In this document: in pieces, positions 13,354-25,205 of the stretch
Layout of the letters: every line of letters starts with the position of its first letter
Numbering within the stretch: the stretch's first letter is position 1
Assembly (NCBI RefSeq): GCF_963921235.1
Contig: NC_086108.1
Location: 26,226,001 to 26,290,000 of the forward strand
Source of the DNA: Mobula hypostoma
Lineage: Eukaryota
Reading direction: 5' to 3'
DNA: 64,000 nt
Position numbers and translations under genes: made by a program
The notes under the pieces: generated by a model
Told to the model about the DNA's origin: nothing
The model's input: the letters and a program-made list of their open reading frames with translations, nothing else
Database searches by the model: none

Positions 13354-13389
13354 GTCCTGACGAAGGGTCTCAGCCTGAAACGTCGACTG
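13354..13389 (+). ncRNA. Minimal hammerhead ribozyme-like motif
   Basis: GTC-CTGACGA-A-GGG TCTCAG CCT-GAAA-C-GTC-GAC: core CUGANGA, stem II, GAAA and GUC triplet. Confidence 0.65.
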
Positions 13390-14860
13390 CACCTCTTCCT
13401 ACAGATGCTGCTTGGCCTGCTGCATTCACCAGCAACTTTGATATGTGTTGCAATAATCTGTTTTCCTATTTTTGCCACCAAAGTGGATAACTTCACATTT
13501 ATCCACATTAAATTGCATCTGCCATGAATTTGCCCACTCACCCAACCTATCCAAGTCACCCTGCATCCTCTTAGCATCCTCCTCACAGCTAACACTGCCA
13601 CCCAGCTTCGTGTCATCCGCAAACTTGGAGATGCTGCATTTAATTCCCTCATCCAAGTCATTAATATATATTGTAAACAACTGGGGTCCCAGCACTGAGC
13701 CTTGCGGTACCCCACTAGTCACTGCCTGCCATTCTGAAAAGGTCCCGTTTAATCCCACTCTTTGCTTCCTGTCTGCTAACCAATTCTCTATCCACATCAA
13801 TACCTTACCCCCAATACCATGTGCTTTAAGTTTGCACACTAATCTCCTGTGTGGGACCTTGTCAAAAGCCTTTTGAAAATCCAAATATACCACATCCACT
13901 GGTTCTCCCCTATCCACTCTACTAGTTACATCCTCAAAAAATTCTATGAGATTCGTCAGACATGATTTTCCTTTCACAAATCCATGCTGACTTTGTCCGA
14001 TGATTTCACCGCTTTCCAAATGTGCTGTTATCACATCTTTGATAACTGACTCCAGCAGTTTCCCCACCACCGACGTTAGGCTAACCAGTCTATAATTCCC
14101 CGGTTTCTCTCTCCCTCCTTTTTTAAAAAGTGGGGTTACATTAGCCACCCTCCAATCCTCAGGAACTAGTCCAGAATCTAACGAGTTTTGAAAAATTATC
14201 ACTAATGCATCCACTATTTCTTGGGCTACTTCCTTAAGCACTCTAGGATGCAGACCATCTGGCCCTGGGGATTTATCTGCCTTTAATCCCTTCAATTTAC
14301 CCAACACCCCTTCCCTACTAACATGTATTTCGCTCAGTTCCTCCATCTCACTGGACCCTCTGTCCCCTACTATTTCTGGAAGATTATTTATGTCCTCCTT
14401 AGTGAAGACAGAACCAAAGTAATTATTCAATTGGTCTGCCATGTCCTTGCTCCCCATAATCAATTCACCTGTTTCTGTCTGTAGGGGACCTGCATTTGTC
14501 TTTACCAGTCTTTTCCTTTTTACATATCTATAAAAGCTTTTACAGTCAGTTATTATGTTCCCTGCCAGTTTTCTCTCAGAATCTTTTTTCCCCTTCCTAA
14601 TTAAGCCCTTTGTCCTCCTCTGCTGAACTCTGAATTTCTCCCAGTCCTCAGGTGAGCCACTTTCTCTGGCTAATTTGTATGCTTCTTCTTTGGAATTGAT
14701 ACTATCCATAATTTCCCTTGTCAGCCACGGGTGCACTACCTTCCTTGATTTATTCTTTTGCCAAACTGGGATGAACAATTGTTGTAGTTCATCCATGCAA
14801 TCCTTAAATGCTTGCCATTGCATATCCACCGTCAATCCTTTAAGTGTCATTTGCCAGTCT

Positions 14861-15535
14861 ACGCGACAGTGAGAGTAGGAATGCGATGAGGTGGAGGATA
14901 AATGCGTGGCTGAGGGATTGGAGCAGGAGGCAGAGATTCAAGTTTTTGGATCATTGGGACCTCTTTTGGCGCAGGCGTGACCTGTACAAAAAAGGACGGG
15001 TTACACTTGAATCCTAGGGGGACCAATATCCTGGCAGGGAGATTAGCGAGGGCAACTGAGGTGACTTTAAACTAGAATGGTTGGGGGGTGGGAATCAAAT
15101 TAAAGAGGCTAGGCGAGAGGAGGTTAGTTCACAACAGGGGGATGGGAACCAGTGCAGAGAGACAGAGGGGTGTAAAGTGAGGGTAGAAGCAAAAAGTAGT
15201 AAGGAGAAAAGTGAAAGTGGCAGGCCGACAAATCCAGGGCAAGCATGAAAAAGGGCCACTTTTCAACATAATTGTATAAGGGCTAAGAGAGGTGTAAAAG
15301 AGCGCCTGAAGGCTTTGTGTGTCAATGCAAGGAGCATTTGTAACAAGGTGGATGAATTGAAAGTGCAGATTGTTATTAATGATTATGATATAGTTGGGAT
15401 CACAGAGACATGGCTCCAGGGTGACCAAGGATGGGAGCTCAACGTTCAGGGATATTCAATATTCAGGAGGGATAGACATGAAAGAAAAGGAGGTGGGTGG
15501 CGTTGCTGGTTAAAGATGAGATTAACGCAATAGAA
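14861..15535 (+). mobile_element. Inverted upstream CR1 segment (end of ORF1 esterase, spacer, start of ORF2 APE)
   Basis: Encodes RWRINAWLRDWSRRQRFKFLDHWDLFW, then CVNARSICNKVDEL...GITETWL...RRDR...GGG; abuts the minus-strand CR1 at 14860/14861. Confidence 0.88.
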
Positions 15536-15619
15536 CGAAATACTTACTTGCTGCAGCTCCACAAGAGAAATTAAACATAAATTATACCGTTATTTTTAAA
15601 AGAAATAAACATAATCGGT

Positions 15620-15791
15620 GGGTATATTCATAGCGGAGTTTGGTAGATCCTGATTGGTCAGGGCATTAAGAGATCTGATGAGAGGACAGGTGTATGGGGT
15701 TGAATGGGATCCGGGATCAGCCACGATGAAATAGTAAGAGGAATTGATGTGTTAAACGGCCTAATTCTGCTCCTATGGCTTATGGTCTTAT
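15620..15791 (+). mobile_element. Short CR1 3'-end fragment
   Basis: GGGATCCGGGATCAGCC...GGCCTAATTCTGCTCCTATGGCTTATGGTCTTA; similar to 40380-40497. Confidence 0.7.
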
Positions 15792-15794
15792 AAT

Positions 15795-17830
15795 TAGTAC
15801 AACAAAAAAATCAACTTTAGTGCAAAGTGATCAGAATGGCCATGGTGTTGCTAACTGTAGAGGTGACTAGGGTTTTGCCAGGTGGTTCAGGAACCAAATG
15901 GTTAAAGGCATGAAGCTGTTCTTGAACATGGTAGTGTTGGAGTTCAGGCTTCAGTATCTACTGCTCAATAATAGCTGTGAAGAGTTGATATGGTTAAGAG
16001 AGTGACGTTTGATGAATGATGTTGCCTACCTGAAGCAGCACCTCCTATAGATACTATCAGTTGTGGGGAAGGATGTGCCCCAGATGTACTGGGCAGAGTT
16101 CACTACTCTCTGCAGCTTCATATGTTCCTGTGCATTTGAATTGCCTTACCAGACCATGATGCAATGAGAGACATTCAACAGTGCATCTGTAGAAGTTTGT
16201 TCGAGTATTCAGTGACAAGCTAAACATCCTTAATCTCCTAAAAAAGTAAAGACGTTGGTGTGCTTTTCTTATGCTGCACTGCTGGTCCCCCAATATAGAC
16301 TGGAGCATGTTTACCCTCCTTCCCCTTCATGAAGTCAACTCTCTGCTCTTTAGTTTAAATGACATTATGCGAGAGATTGCAGCACCGCTCAACCAGGTAG
16401 CTTATCTTGCTCCCATAAGATGACTCATCTCCATTTGTGATTCATCCAACAACAATAATATTGTTGGAATGCTTGAAGATGACGCAGGAGCTGTGCTTAG
16501 CCAGACAGTCATGTGTGTATCGAGAGTGGAAAAGGAGGCTCAGTACACAGACTTGAGGTGCACCTATGTTGATGATCATTGAGGAGAAGACATTGTTACC
16601 AATCCTCACTGACTGAGGTCTGTCCATGAGGAAATGCAAGTATCCAGTTGCAAAAACAGGTGTGGAGGCCCAAGTCCTGAAGCTCGTTGACGATTTTACA
16701 TGAGATTTGAATTGCCATTCCAGAGCATGATGCAGGAGGTCAGGATAATTTCAGCAAGACATCTGTAGAAGTTTTTTTTAGAATGTTCAATGACTACATC
16801 CTTAACCCCCTAAGAAAATAAAGAGACTGGTGCACTACTTCTGTGTACTGGGGCAAAGACAGTTATGTTGATATCCAGGAATTTAAAGCTGCTGACTCTC
16901 TCCACCACCAATCCCAATGTACATAGATCAGTACATTTTGACCTCCTTCCCCTCCCTGAAGTCAACAATCAGCTCTTTAGTTTTGCTAAAGTGTGAGTGA
17001 AAATTTGGTGTTGTGACACCATCCAGATGGGTGGCTTATCCTGCTCTGGTAAGCTGACTCATCACACCCGAGATATGTCCAATAATAGTAGTGTTGTCAA
17101 CAAATTTTAAAAGGGCATTGGATCTGTGTTTAGCTATACAGTATGTGTGTACAGAGGGTAAAGCGGGGGGCTAAGCATGTAGCATTGAGGCAGACCTGTG
17201 TTGGTGATCAGCAGGGAGGAGTTATTTCTGATCTGCGCTGACTGAAGACTTCTGATGAGGAAGTTGAGCATCCTGATGCAGAGGGAGGCATAGAGGCCCA
17301 GGTCTGGAGGCCTAATATTGAGTTTCATTTGGATAATGAGAGTGAATGCTGAGCTGTTATCAATAAACAACTGCCCAATGTACAGGTTCCTGTTATTCAG
17401 ATGGTCCAAACTGAATGAAGGGCCAGAGAAATGTCATATGCTGCTGATCCGCTGAGGTGGTAGGCAGACTTGAGTGGATCCTGGTTGTCTCTGAGGCAGG
17501 AACTAAATCACAGCAAAATCAATATCCTGAAGCACTTCATTCCTGCTGATGTAAGTGGCACTGGATGGTAGTCACTGAGGCTGGTCACCACACTCTTCTT
17601 GGGCACGCATACAATAAATGCCTTTTTGAAGCAGGTGGGAACCTAAATGCCTTTTTGAAGCAGGTGGGAACATCAGAACACAGAAGTGAGAGTTTGAATA
17701 TGACAATAAACACTCCAGCCAGTTGGTCCAAATACATCCTTTGTACTCAGCAAGGTACGCCTTCTGGACCAGATGGCCTTGTGGATTTACCCTCTTGAAG
17801 GATGTCTGGACATCAGCCTCAGAGACCGGA
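15795..17830 (-). mobile_element. Cluster of degenerate Rex1/Babar fragments (two or more copies)
   Basis: KAHQRLYFFRRLRMF (16057-16308), RPQSVRIG...GAPQVCVLS (16442-16639), LFIDNSSAF...TGLPQCYMLSP (17134-17409). Confidence 0.75.
17615..17671. repeat. Direct tandem duplication, period 29
   Basis: TAAATGCCTTTTTGAAGCAGGTGGGAAC at 17615 and again at 17644. Confidence 0.9.
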
Positions 17831-19028
17831 ATTCTTCAGATTGCATTGTGACCATAGCACAAGTCCAAGTTTATGAGGAAGTTCCATAAATACTGTATCT
17901 ATCTATGTGCTGAGTTTCTCAACTCTTGTTGCAAACATGTATATCTATGAAACTATATTATCTGAGAAGCAAATATAGAAACTGCATGTTCTGTGTTACA
18001 AAAGAAATAAAATTCATTAAATCAAGTCTGCTCTATCAGAAGTGGTGTAAAATAACTGAGAGTTACGTTGTTGTGATGGATCCCTGCTCCATGAAGTCAC
18101 ATTGAGAATGGAGGAGGGCTGAAAACAGTAAGCATACTGTTGCAGTTGACATGGTAATTATTCAGCAAGAAACATGACTATAAACGGAGACATCTTGTCA
18201 AATATTGGATCTTCTCCCCAATGTCTATCCACGCGAGGTATGCTTGAGTTGAGGTCTGGGAAACAGAAAGCTCGCACCAGGCTTTACGCAGATCAGTCAG
18301 TGTGGTGCACTTAGCATCTCCAGTTACCCCTCAAAGCAGCCTCATCACCAGTCAAGTCACTGCCTATCTGCCTTTCTTCGAGTAGAACCTCTGACCAATT
18401 TCTTTGCATGTCTGTGGTGTGAAAACGACTCAACTGCACAGAGCCTATATTTGAGAAGCAAACAAAATAACACTATAGGCAAAGATCCAGATTATAATTC
18501 CCAGCAGACAACCCAAGATGCTTACTCCAGTTACGTGGTACGTAGCAGAAATGCTGATTGCATGAATGCTTGAACTATTGTGACAAAGATTAGCCCTCCG
18601 CCAAGAGGTCTAATTGGCCACTGGAATGACACAAGCTGTAGATGGTTGTCAGCTGAAGTTCTGTGTTAGGTTTGCACAGCTGTCCCATTAATGACAAAGG
18701 AAAATGTTTGCAAATAATGGAAATTTCAAGATGTGGAGAACATGCTCTAATTAATCAGGGCAATCAAAACTAGAGGTCACAAATCAAAGGTTTGACTTAT
18801 TAGCACAAATCAAAAGAACTCAGTGCAGGAAACTCCATTCAGCAGTTAGCAATCTGAATGTCGAACCATGTACATACTTGTGGTGAATAGTGTGAATGCA
18901 GTTAAGGAGAAACTGGACAAGTGCATTTGGGGGAAATACATTGAAGGATGGTTTGATAGCGTGAGATGAAACAGGACAGGAGACTGAACGAGTTTGCTGT
19001 AGAGTCTATAAATTCAACCTAAAATTAT

Positions 19029-19275
19029 AAACACAAACGTGAGTAAGTCTGCAGATGCTGGAAATGGAGCAACAGAATACTAGAGGAATTCAACAGGTCA
19101 GGCAGCAGCTATGGAAATGAATAAACAGTCGAGATTTCAGACTGAGACTCTTCTTCAGGACTGAAAAGGAAGAAGGGAGACACTAAGAAAAAAAGTGGTG
19201 AGAGGGGAAGGAGGATAGCTAGAAGATGATAGGATAGGTGGGCGGGAGAAGAAAGAATGGTGATTGATGTGTGAC
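19029..19275 (-). mobile_element. Older PLE 3'-terminal fragment with a degenerate hammerhead motif
   Basis: TCTGCAGATGCTGG terminus; reverse complement near 19126-19163 reads CAGTC-CTGAAGA-AGAGTCTCAGTCT-GAAA-TCTC-GACTG. Confidence 0.7.
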
Positions 19276-19805
19276 TTGGGTTGCCAACTTTCTCACTTCC
19301 AAATAAGGGACAAAATAGCAGTCAAATACAGGACACTTGTGTTTATCCCAAAAAAGACTAACATGACCATGAAGCCTTGCGCGGGCACCTGTATGAGCAT
19401 GCGTGTATGTGCCGATTTGTTTCTACAAATCGGTTTTGGCTTAATCTTCCTGATTCTGTTAAGTGGAACTACACCGTACATACATTATTTCTACTTTATA
19501 TAGGCTGTGTATTTATCATATAACTCCTGCACTTACTATATGTTAGTGTTATTTTAGGTTTTATGTGTTACTTGGTATGATTTGGTAGGTTATTTTTTGG
19601 GTCTGGGAACGCTCAAAAATTTTTCCCATATAAATTAATGGTAATTGCTTCTTCACTTTATACCATTTCGGCTTACGAACGGTTTCATAGGAATGCTCTA
19701 CCTTAGCGGTGGGGAATACGGGACAAGGGCGGTCCTGTATGGGACAAACCAATTTAGCCCAATATACGGGATGTCCTGGCTAATATGGGACAGTTGGCAA
19801 CCCTA
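19276..19805. mobile_element. Non-autonomous hAT element (Blackjack-like termini)
   Basis: TIRs T(T/A)GGGTTGCCAACT; perfect 8-bp TSD TGTGTGAC at 19268-19275 and 19806-19813; repeated subterminal GGGAC motifs. Confidence 0.92.
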
Positions 19806-19835
19806 TGTGTGACCAATAGAGGTAATAGGTGCTAA

Positions 19836-19996
19836 ACACAAAGATGACAAAATCTGTATATGCTGGAAGTCCAAGCAACACGCACAAAAATGCTGGAGGA
19901 ACTCAGCAGGGTCTCAGCCCGAAACATCGACTGTATTCGTTTCCATAGATGCTGCCTGGCTTGCTTGGTTCTTCCAGCATTTTGTGTGTTGCTGAG
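19836..19996. mobile_element. Asymmetric PLE fold-back mini-insertion
   Basis: 12-bp TSD AATAGGTGCTAA at 19824-19835 and 19997-20008; GCAACACGCACAAAAATGCTGGA pairs with TCCAGCATTTTGTGTGTTGC. Confidence 0.85.
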
Positions 19997-21409
19997 AATA
20001 GGTGCTAATGGTTTTGCCTTGAGTTTGTGGTTTGTCAAGGTAACAGTGGAGAGGAATACTGTGGGGGAGGTCTGTTCATGTTGCTGCAGTGGATGGTACA
20101 GGCTGAGGCTGGGGTGCAACCAAGCACGCAGGCAGAGATATTTAATTTCAAGTAAACCATCACAAATTGAGATCTCAGTCAATCATCTTTGCTAGGTGTG
20201 AATCATAAAACTAATTAGTTGTGCAGACATCAAACCCTATTTAGATTTTTGCCAAGCATCCCAACCAGACATACCTAGTCACACTTCCGAACAAAAGTGA
20301 GTTTTTCCTAGATGGGGTTTCCTAAAGAGGTGATAATGTGATAAAGAATGAAACTGTGAAGTGTACTGCTAATGATAGCTAGATCAGTGGATTGATGTTG
20401 TGTTCATTGCATTAAATGGGAAACACAGTGCTAAGTGCATTTAATGGATTATCTCGACAGTGAAGAATAATTCACATTGAACAATCCCAAGAAATGTTGC
20501 AATGCATAGACCTGCCAAATAGAATACCCTGTGCAAGGAGACATTTCCTTCTTAATTGCTCTTTTTTCCTCTCAGATCACCAAATATTCATCAAACAAAT
20601 GTACCTTGCAATCCTATAAATTATCACTGACCTCCCATTCTTTCTAACATCAATTTTAGTTAATTGTGCTTAAGTTTTATCCACAGCTCAATCATTTTAT
20701 CTGGGTATAAAGCCCTACAGAAATGTTTAAGCTTAGTCAGAGCTTGTATTATTTGAAAATTATAGTCATGTTAGTGTCTGATGAATAACCAGGGCATGTT
20801 TGTTAGGATTAAATTTTGTGCATGCTGAGCCAGATTAATAGGTGTGCTAATGGGGAGGGTGGCTTGAATGTTATATCACTGGAGAGTGATCGGGTGTACT
20901 GAATGGGCAATGCAAATTGAAAGAATATTTTCATATTATATTAGTGACAATGAATTGTTATTATCATTTTTAAAAAACTTACAGTTTCACTATATCTCCA
21001 AAGGAAGGAAACATATTGTCCTTTCCCAACCTGCCTATCATAACAAACCCACTCATTTGATGCGGAACTGTCCTCTGACAGAGCAGTGGTTGCCAATCAG
21101 TTGCATTAAACAGTGAGCAATTGAGGAGATTGGTGATGGAGAGAATCAGCAGCTTTAAATTCCTGGTCTTATCAGTAACACTGCTTTGTTGTGTGTGAAT
21201 GGGCAGGATTTTTCTGCATTAACACCAGTGATGAGAAGTTTTCTGCATTTATGTGTGAGTGTGAAAGTTTTGCATATGCAATTGGCAGTTCACCCACACT
21301 TTCCTGACTGCGATCTAACCCTTGGTTTATTTAATCTTCAAATATTTATGTGTTTTAAAGTATTTTAGTTTCTGCTCAGTTAAATTTCTAACGTTGATAA
21401 TTGTTTGAC

Positions 21410-22855
21410 TACCACTAACTTCTCCCTTAAACATTTCTCCACTCACCTTAAATGGATATTGACCATTATCACCCTGGGAAAAAGTCAACTTGGCAAGTTC
21501 ATTCTATTTGTGCCTCTCATAATCTTGGACATCTCTATCAAATCACTTCATATCCTTCTTTGTTTCAAAGAGAAAAACATTAGCCCCTCAATTTATCTTC
21601 AGAAGACATATTCTCTAATCCAGGCAGCATCCTTGTAAATTTCCTATGTATGCTCTCTAAAGCTTCCACATCCTTCCTACAATGAGGCAACCAGAACTGA
21701 ACACAATATTCCAAATCAATACTCCAAATGTGGTCTAAACACAGTTTTATTGAATTCTGTCTTCCGCCTAATGAAAGCTAACACGCTCTTAAACATACAT
21801 TCAGCTTGTGCAGGAGCTGGGGATCAATAAGGAAAATGATTGGCTCCTCTATTCCTTCACACTGCTAAGGATCTTGCCATTAACCTTGTACTCTACCTTC
21901 ATGTTCAATCTTCCAAAGTGTATCAGATAACGCTTTTCTGAATTAAACTCCATCTGCCACTTCACAGCCCAGCTCTGCATTCTGTCAATGCCCTGTTGTA
22001 ACCTACAACAAATTTTACACTATCCACAACACAATCCATTGATCACTGACTTGAGCCTCAATGTGCTCCAAAAACTACCACCCACTGCTTTCTTTCTGCA
22101 AGCGAATTTCGAATCCATGCAGCCAACTTTCCATGGCTCTCATGCCTCCTGACTTTCTGAATGATCCTTCCGGCAGAACATTATCAAGTGCTTTAAACCA
22201 TATGCATATACACCACATTCACTGCTGTACCTTCATCAACATGCCTTGTCACATCCTCAAATACTTCATTCAGGCTCATGAGGCATGACCTCTTCCTTAC
22301 AATGTCATGCTGGCTATTCATAACAGACTATGCTTCACCAAGTGCTCAAAAGTCCTGTCCCCAAAAATCTTCTCCTTTAATCCACTGATTACAGATGAAA
22401 GATTCACTGGTCCATAATTTCCAGGAGTATCCCTATTATCTTTCTTGGACAATGGAACAATATTTGCCATACTCCAATCCTCTGGACCACTCCTATGTCC
22501 AGGAAGGATGCAAAGATCATTGTCAATGCCCCCACAATCTCTTCCCTTGCTTCCCATAATAACCTGTGGTATATCTCATCCAGCACCAGGGACTTAACTT
22601 TCCTGATGTTTTTCACAAGTTTCAGCATTTCCTCAACACGCTCCAGTGTATTAGTTGGATCTATGCTGAATTCACGTTGATCAATGTTTCTCTCCTCAGT
22701 GAACACTGAAGTATTCAATAAGGACCTCTTCTAATTCCTCTACCTTTAGGCACATTACCCTTTTTATCTCTTGGTGTAGTTACCCTCTCAAAAGCCATTC
22801 TTCTGTTTTTTCACATACATGTAGAATGCCTTGGGGTTTTCTTTACTCTTACTTC
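21410..22855 (-). mobile_element. Old degenerate CR1 ORF2 fragment
   Basis: PEDWSMANIVPLSKKDNRDTPGNYGPVNLSSV (22318-22557); LLWEAREEIVGAL (22404-22718). Confidence 0.8.
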
Positions 22856-22859
22856 TAAA

Positions 22860-23095
22860 AAGTTTAAAATAAATTTATTATCAAAGTACATATTTATCGC
22901 TACTCATTTTCTTGCAGGCAAACTCGATAAATCCATAGAATAATCACCATAACAGAATCAATGAAAGACTGCACCAACTTGGGTGTTCAAACAGTGTGCG
23001 AAAGACAACAAACTGTGCAAATACAAGCAGAAAGAATAATAATAATAAATAAATAAATAATGAATATTGAAAAGAAGATAAAATACTGAAAAATG
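22860..23095 (-). repeat. 3' end of a non-coding retroposon family
   Basis: AAATTTATTATCAAAGTACA...AATCAATGAAAGACTGCACC...GCAAATACAA; similar to 11445-11790. Confidence 0.55.
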
Positions 23096-23336
23096 TTTTT
23101 TTCCTTTGTTTATACTCTCCCTCTTTAGCAACTCTCACTATCCCAGCAAAATAATTTCATAAATACCTTATCCCAATTGCAACCTTGGCCTCATTTTGCC
23201 TAAAATATTTCCTTACTCCTGCCCGTATCATTTCTTCAAATCATAACTACCTTGATTTCTCGTTTTCTCGGTTATGTCAACCTGAAATGTTAACTCTGTT
23301 TCTCTCTCCTTGGTTGCTGCTCCACATTCTGCAAAC

Positions 23337-23432
23337 GTCCTGATGAAGGGTCTCAGCCCGAAATGTCGACTGTTTTATTAATTTCCATAAATGCTGCCTA
23401 AACTGCTGAGATCCTCCAGCATTTTGTGTGTG
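23337..23432 (+). mobile_element. PLE terminal-repeat fragment carrying a hammerhead motif
   Basis: GTC-CTGATGA(23340-23346)-A-GGG TCTCAG CCC-GAAA-T-GTC-GACTG, followed by ...CCAGCATTTTGTGTGTG. Confidence 0.75.
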
Positions 23433-23444
23433 AAGGTGAGTAAA

Positions 23445-23865
23445 TGATCCTCCAAGAGGACAGCAATCTTGTCATGGCTTCTGTGCCTCAATGACCCTGA
23501 AGGCTATGCTGCTTGGGTCAGGACTTTATGTCTGGCTCTTGGTAGGATCATCCATGACAAGCAGGTCAAAGGGTAGAGGCCAGGCTAAGTGTAGTCCACC
23601 AGCCCTCAAGGTTCAGGGGTTCAGCTCAAAGCTAACCATCCCGACTGGTCAAACAAAACTGTTATGGAAAGAGCAATGAAGAATCCTTCTACATCTGTGT
23701 GCAGCAGTATTCCTGAGTCTCCACCCAGGACTTGCATGGCTAACGGTAGTGAAAACTGAAAGGAAGCGACTGGCGTGATGAAGGAAGCCCTGAACACCAA
23801 CAGGTAGAGATGGAGGACCTTCATTGCTGCCATAAATGCCAGCAGGCATAGCAGGCAGCAGGTAA
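23445..23865 (+). mobile_element. Short non-coding RTE-related element (probable 5' UTR fused to 3' end)
   Basis: GTGCCTCAATGACCC...CAGGTCAAAGGGTAGAGGCCAG head and TGGAGGACCTTCATTGCTGCC..ATGCCAGC tail; second copy nearby; family from memory of motifs. Confidence 0.55.
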
Positions 23866-23919
23866 ATATGTATTTACTTACTTCTAATCCATACCATCAT
23901 ACACAGATATATCAGGATT

Positions 23920-24155
23920 CTTCATTGCTGTTTCCATAGCAATTTTTTTGACCAGTCAATGTTGTTAGTCCTGAGCTGAACCCCTGAACCTAGAGAACTA
24001 GTGGACACGCTTAATCTGGCCTCTACCCTTTGACCTTTTTGGCATTGATGACCCTTGTGCCAAAGCACAAGAGCCAACATTGTTCTCTGGGTCATTGAGG
24101 CACGCAAGCCTCCAAGCCATGATAACGTTATGGTCTTCTTGGAGGAGTAGCGAAG
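23920..24155 (-). mobile_element. Second partial copy of the same RTE-related element, inverted
   Basis: Reverse complement contains GCGTGCCTCAATGACCC, GGTCAAAGGGTAGAGGCCAG and GGTTCAGGGGTTCAGCTCA, shared with 23480-23680. Confidence 0.65.
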
Positions 24156-25129
24156 TAAATAAGTAAATGATAGGATCATGCCGTCCTTAAATCTCATTGG
24201 TTAGCTTCTCAGGCAATAAGACTTAAGGACTATACAACGAGCAAGTGAAAGAAACAGAAAATAGGACAAATTAGAGTCAAATTGAAAATAAAATAAAGCA
24301 TAGGATAAAAATTGAATGAAGGAAATATTTTAGTATCTACTTAAACATGTGCCAGTTTCATTTGTAAGGAACATTGCAAAGATAAAAATTATTAAGTGTC
24401 ACTTTATAGTGTGAAACAGCTGTTCTAACTTATGTTGCCAGTTTGTTTGTTAAACATGGTACAAATTAGAAATTTCTTGAAACTTATTGGGGTGCTGATT
24501 ACTAAATTCTATCTGCGCCAGTGGAGATCAGCCAGCAAGCTGTGGAAACACTCGAGGAAGCATAATTGCTGGATAATTTACCCACTAATAATAGTTTGTG
24601 CTTTTAATTCACTCATATTTCACCATCAAATTCTCATTTACTGAGTCGATTGCTGGAATGTGACTTGCACACTATCATAAACAGATTCCATATTTTTGAA
24701 CACTGCCTTATCCAATGAGTTGTAGGTGGAATGGGAATATGAAACGCACATCACACTATCTATTGTATAAATAAAGTATGTCAACTTACTCAATGTGTAA
24801 AAAGCAAATGAAAGAAAAACACAGCAACTGTGCTTGTGAAGAGCTGGTTAAAATAAAATAAAAAATTTGCATAAAAATCTGTCACATACATGGTGTGGAC
24901 ACCAAGCTTGACTGACAGAGGAAATGCCAAAGCACCTTTGCTTTGGGGTTGAACATGTTTCCTAATACACATCAACGATGGGAAATTACAAAAGAATTTC
25001 CACCTGGAGCAATTGACAGTTTCTTATATGAGAAGTAAAATTCTGGCCTGTTCTGAATAATGGTGAACACACTGAATCCAGTCAGAACTGGTTTTGATTC
25101 CTCAATGTAGGTATTTAGTTGGAATCCTA

Positions 25130-25205
25130 CAGTACTGTGCAATTGTCTTAGGCACATAAGGTATACAGCTTATGATTAGTGCACCGAAGACTTTTCCACT
25201 GTACC
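25130..25205. mobile_element. Degenerate Tc1/mariner-type mini-MITE
   Basis: TA-CAGTACTGTGCAATTGTCTTAGGCAC...GTGCACCGAAGACTTTTCCACTGTAC; related to 30373-30438. Confidence 0.55.

Larger units (their letters stand above)
13209..13452. mobile_element. Palindromic PLE-derived insertion with two back-to-back hammerhead motifs, inside CR1 ORF2
   Basis: 12-bp TSD ATAATCTGTTTT at 13197-13208 and 13453-13464; arms complementary about 13349-13353. Confidence 0.9.
12430..14860 (-). mobile_element. Young CR1 LINE, RT-encoding 3' part, open except at the PLE insert
   Basis: ORF 13426-14850 SPGPDGLHPRVLKE, YLDFQKAFDKV, GVPQGSVLGP, FADD; C-terminus in ORF 12528-13715; (ATAGAAAC)n tail. Confidence 0.95.

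Noticed and set aside
12528..13715. 395-aa ORF as a novel chimeric protein
   Set aside because: It is an off-frame CR1 stretch, read-through of the PLE insert and the true CR1 C-terminus joined by the insertion frameshift.
18230..18430. Possible minus-strand terminal exon after TTTTCACACCACAG
   Set aside because: All three frames are short and unrecognisable.
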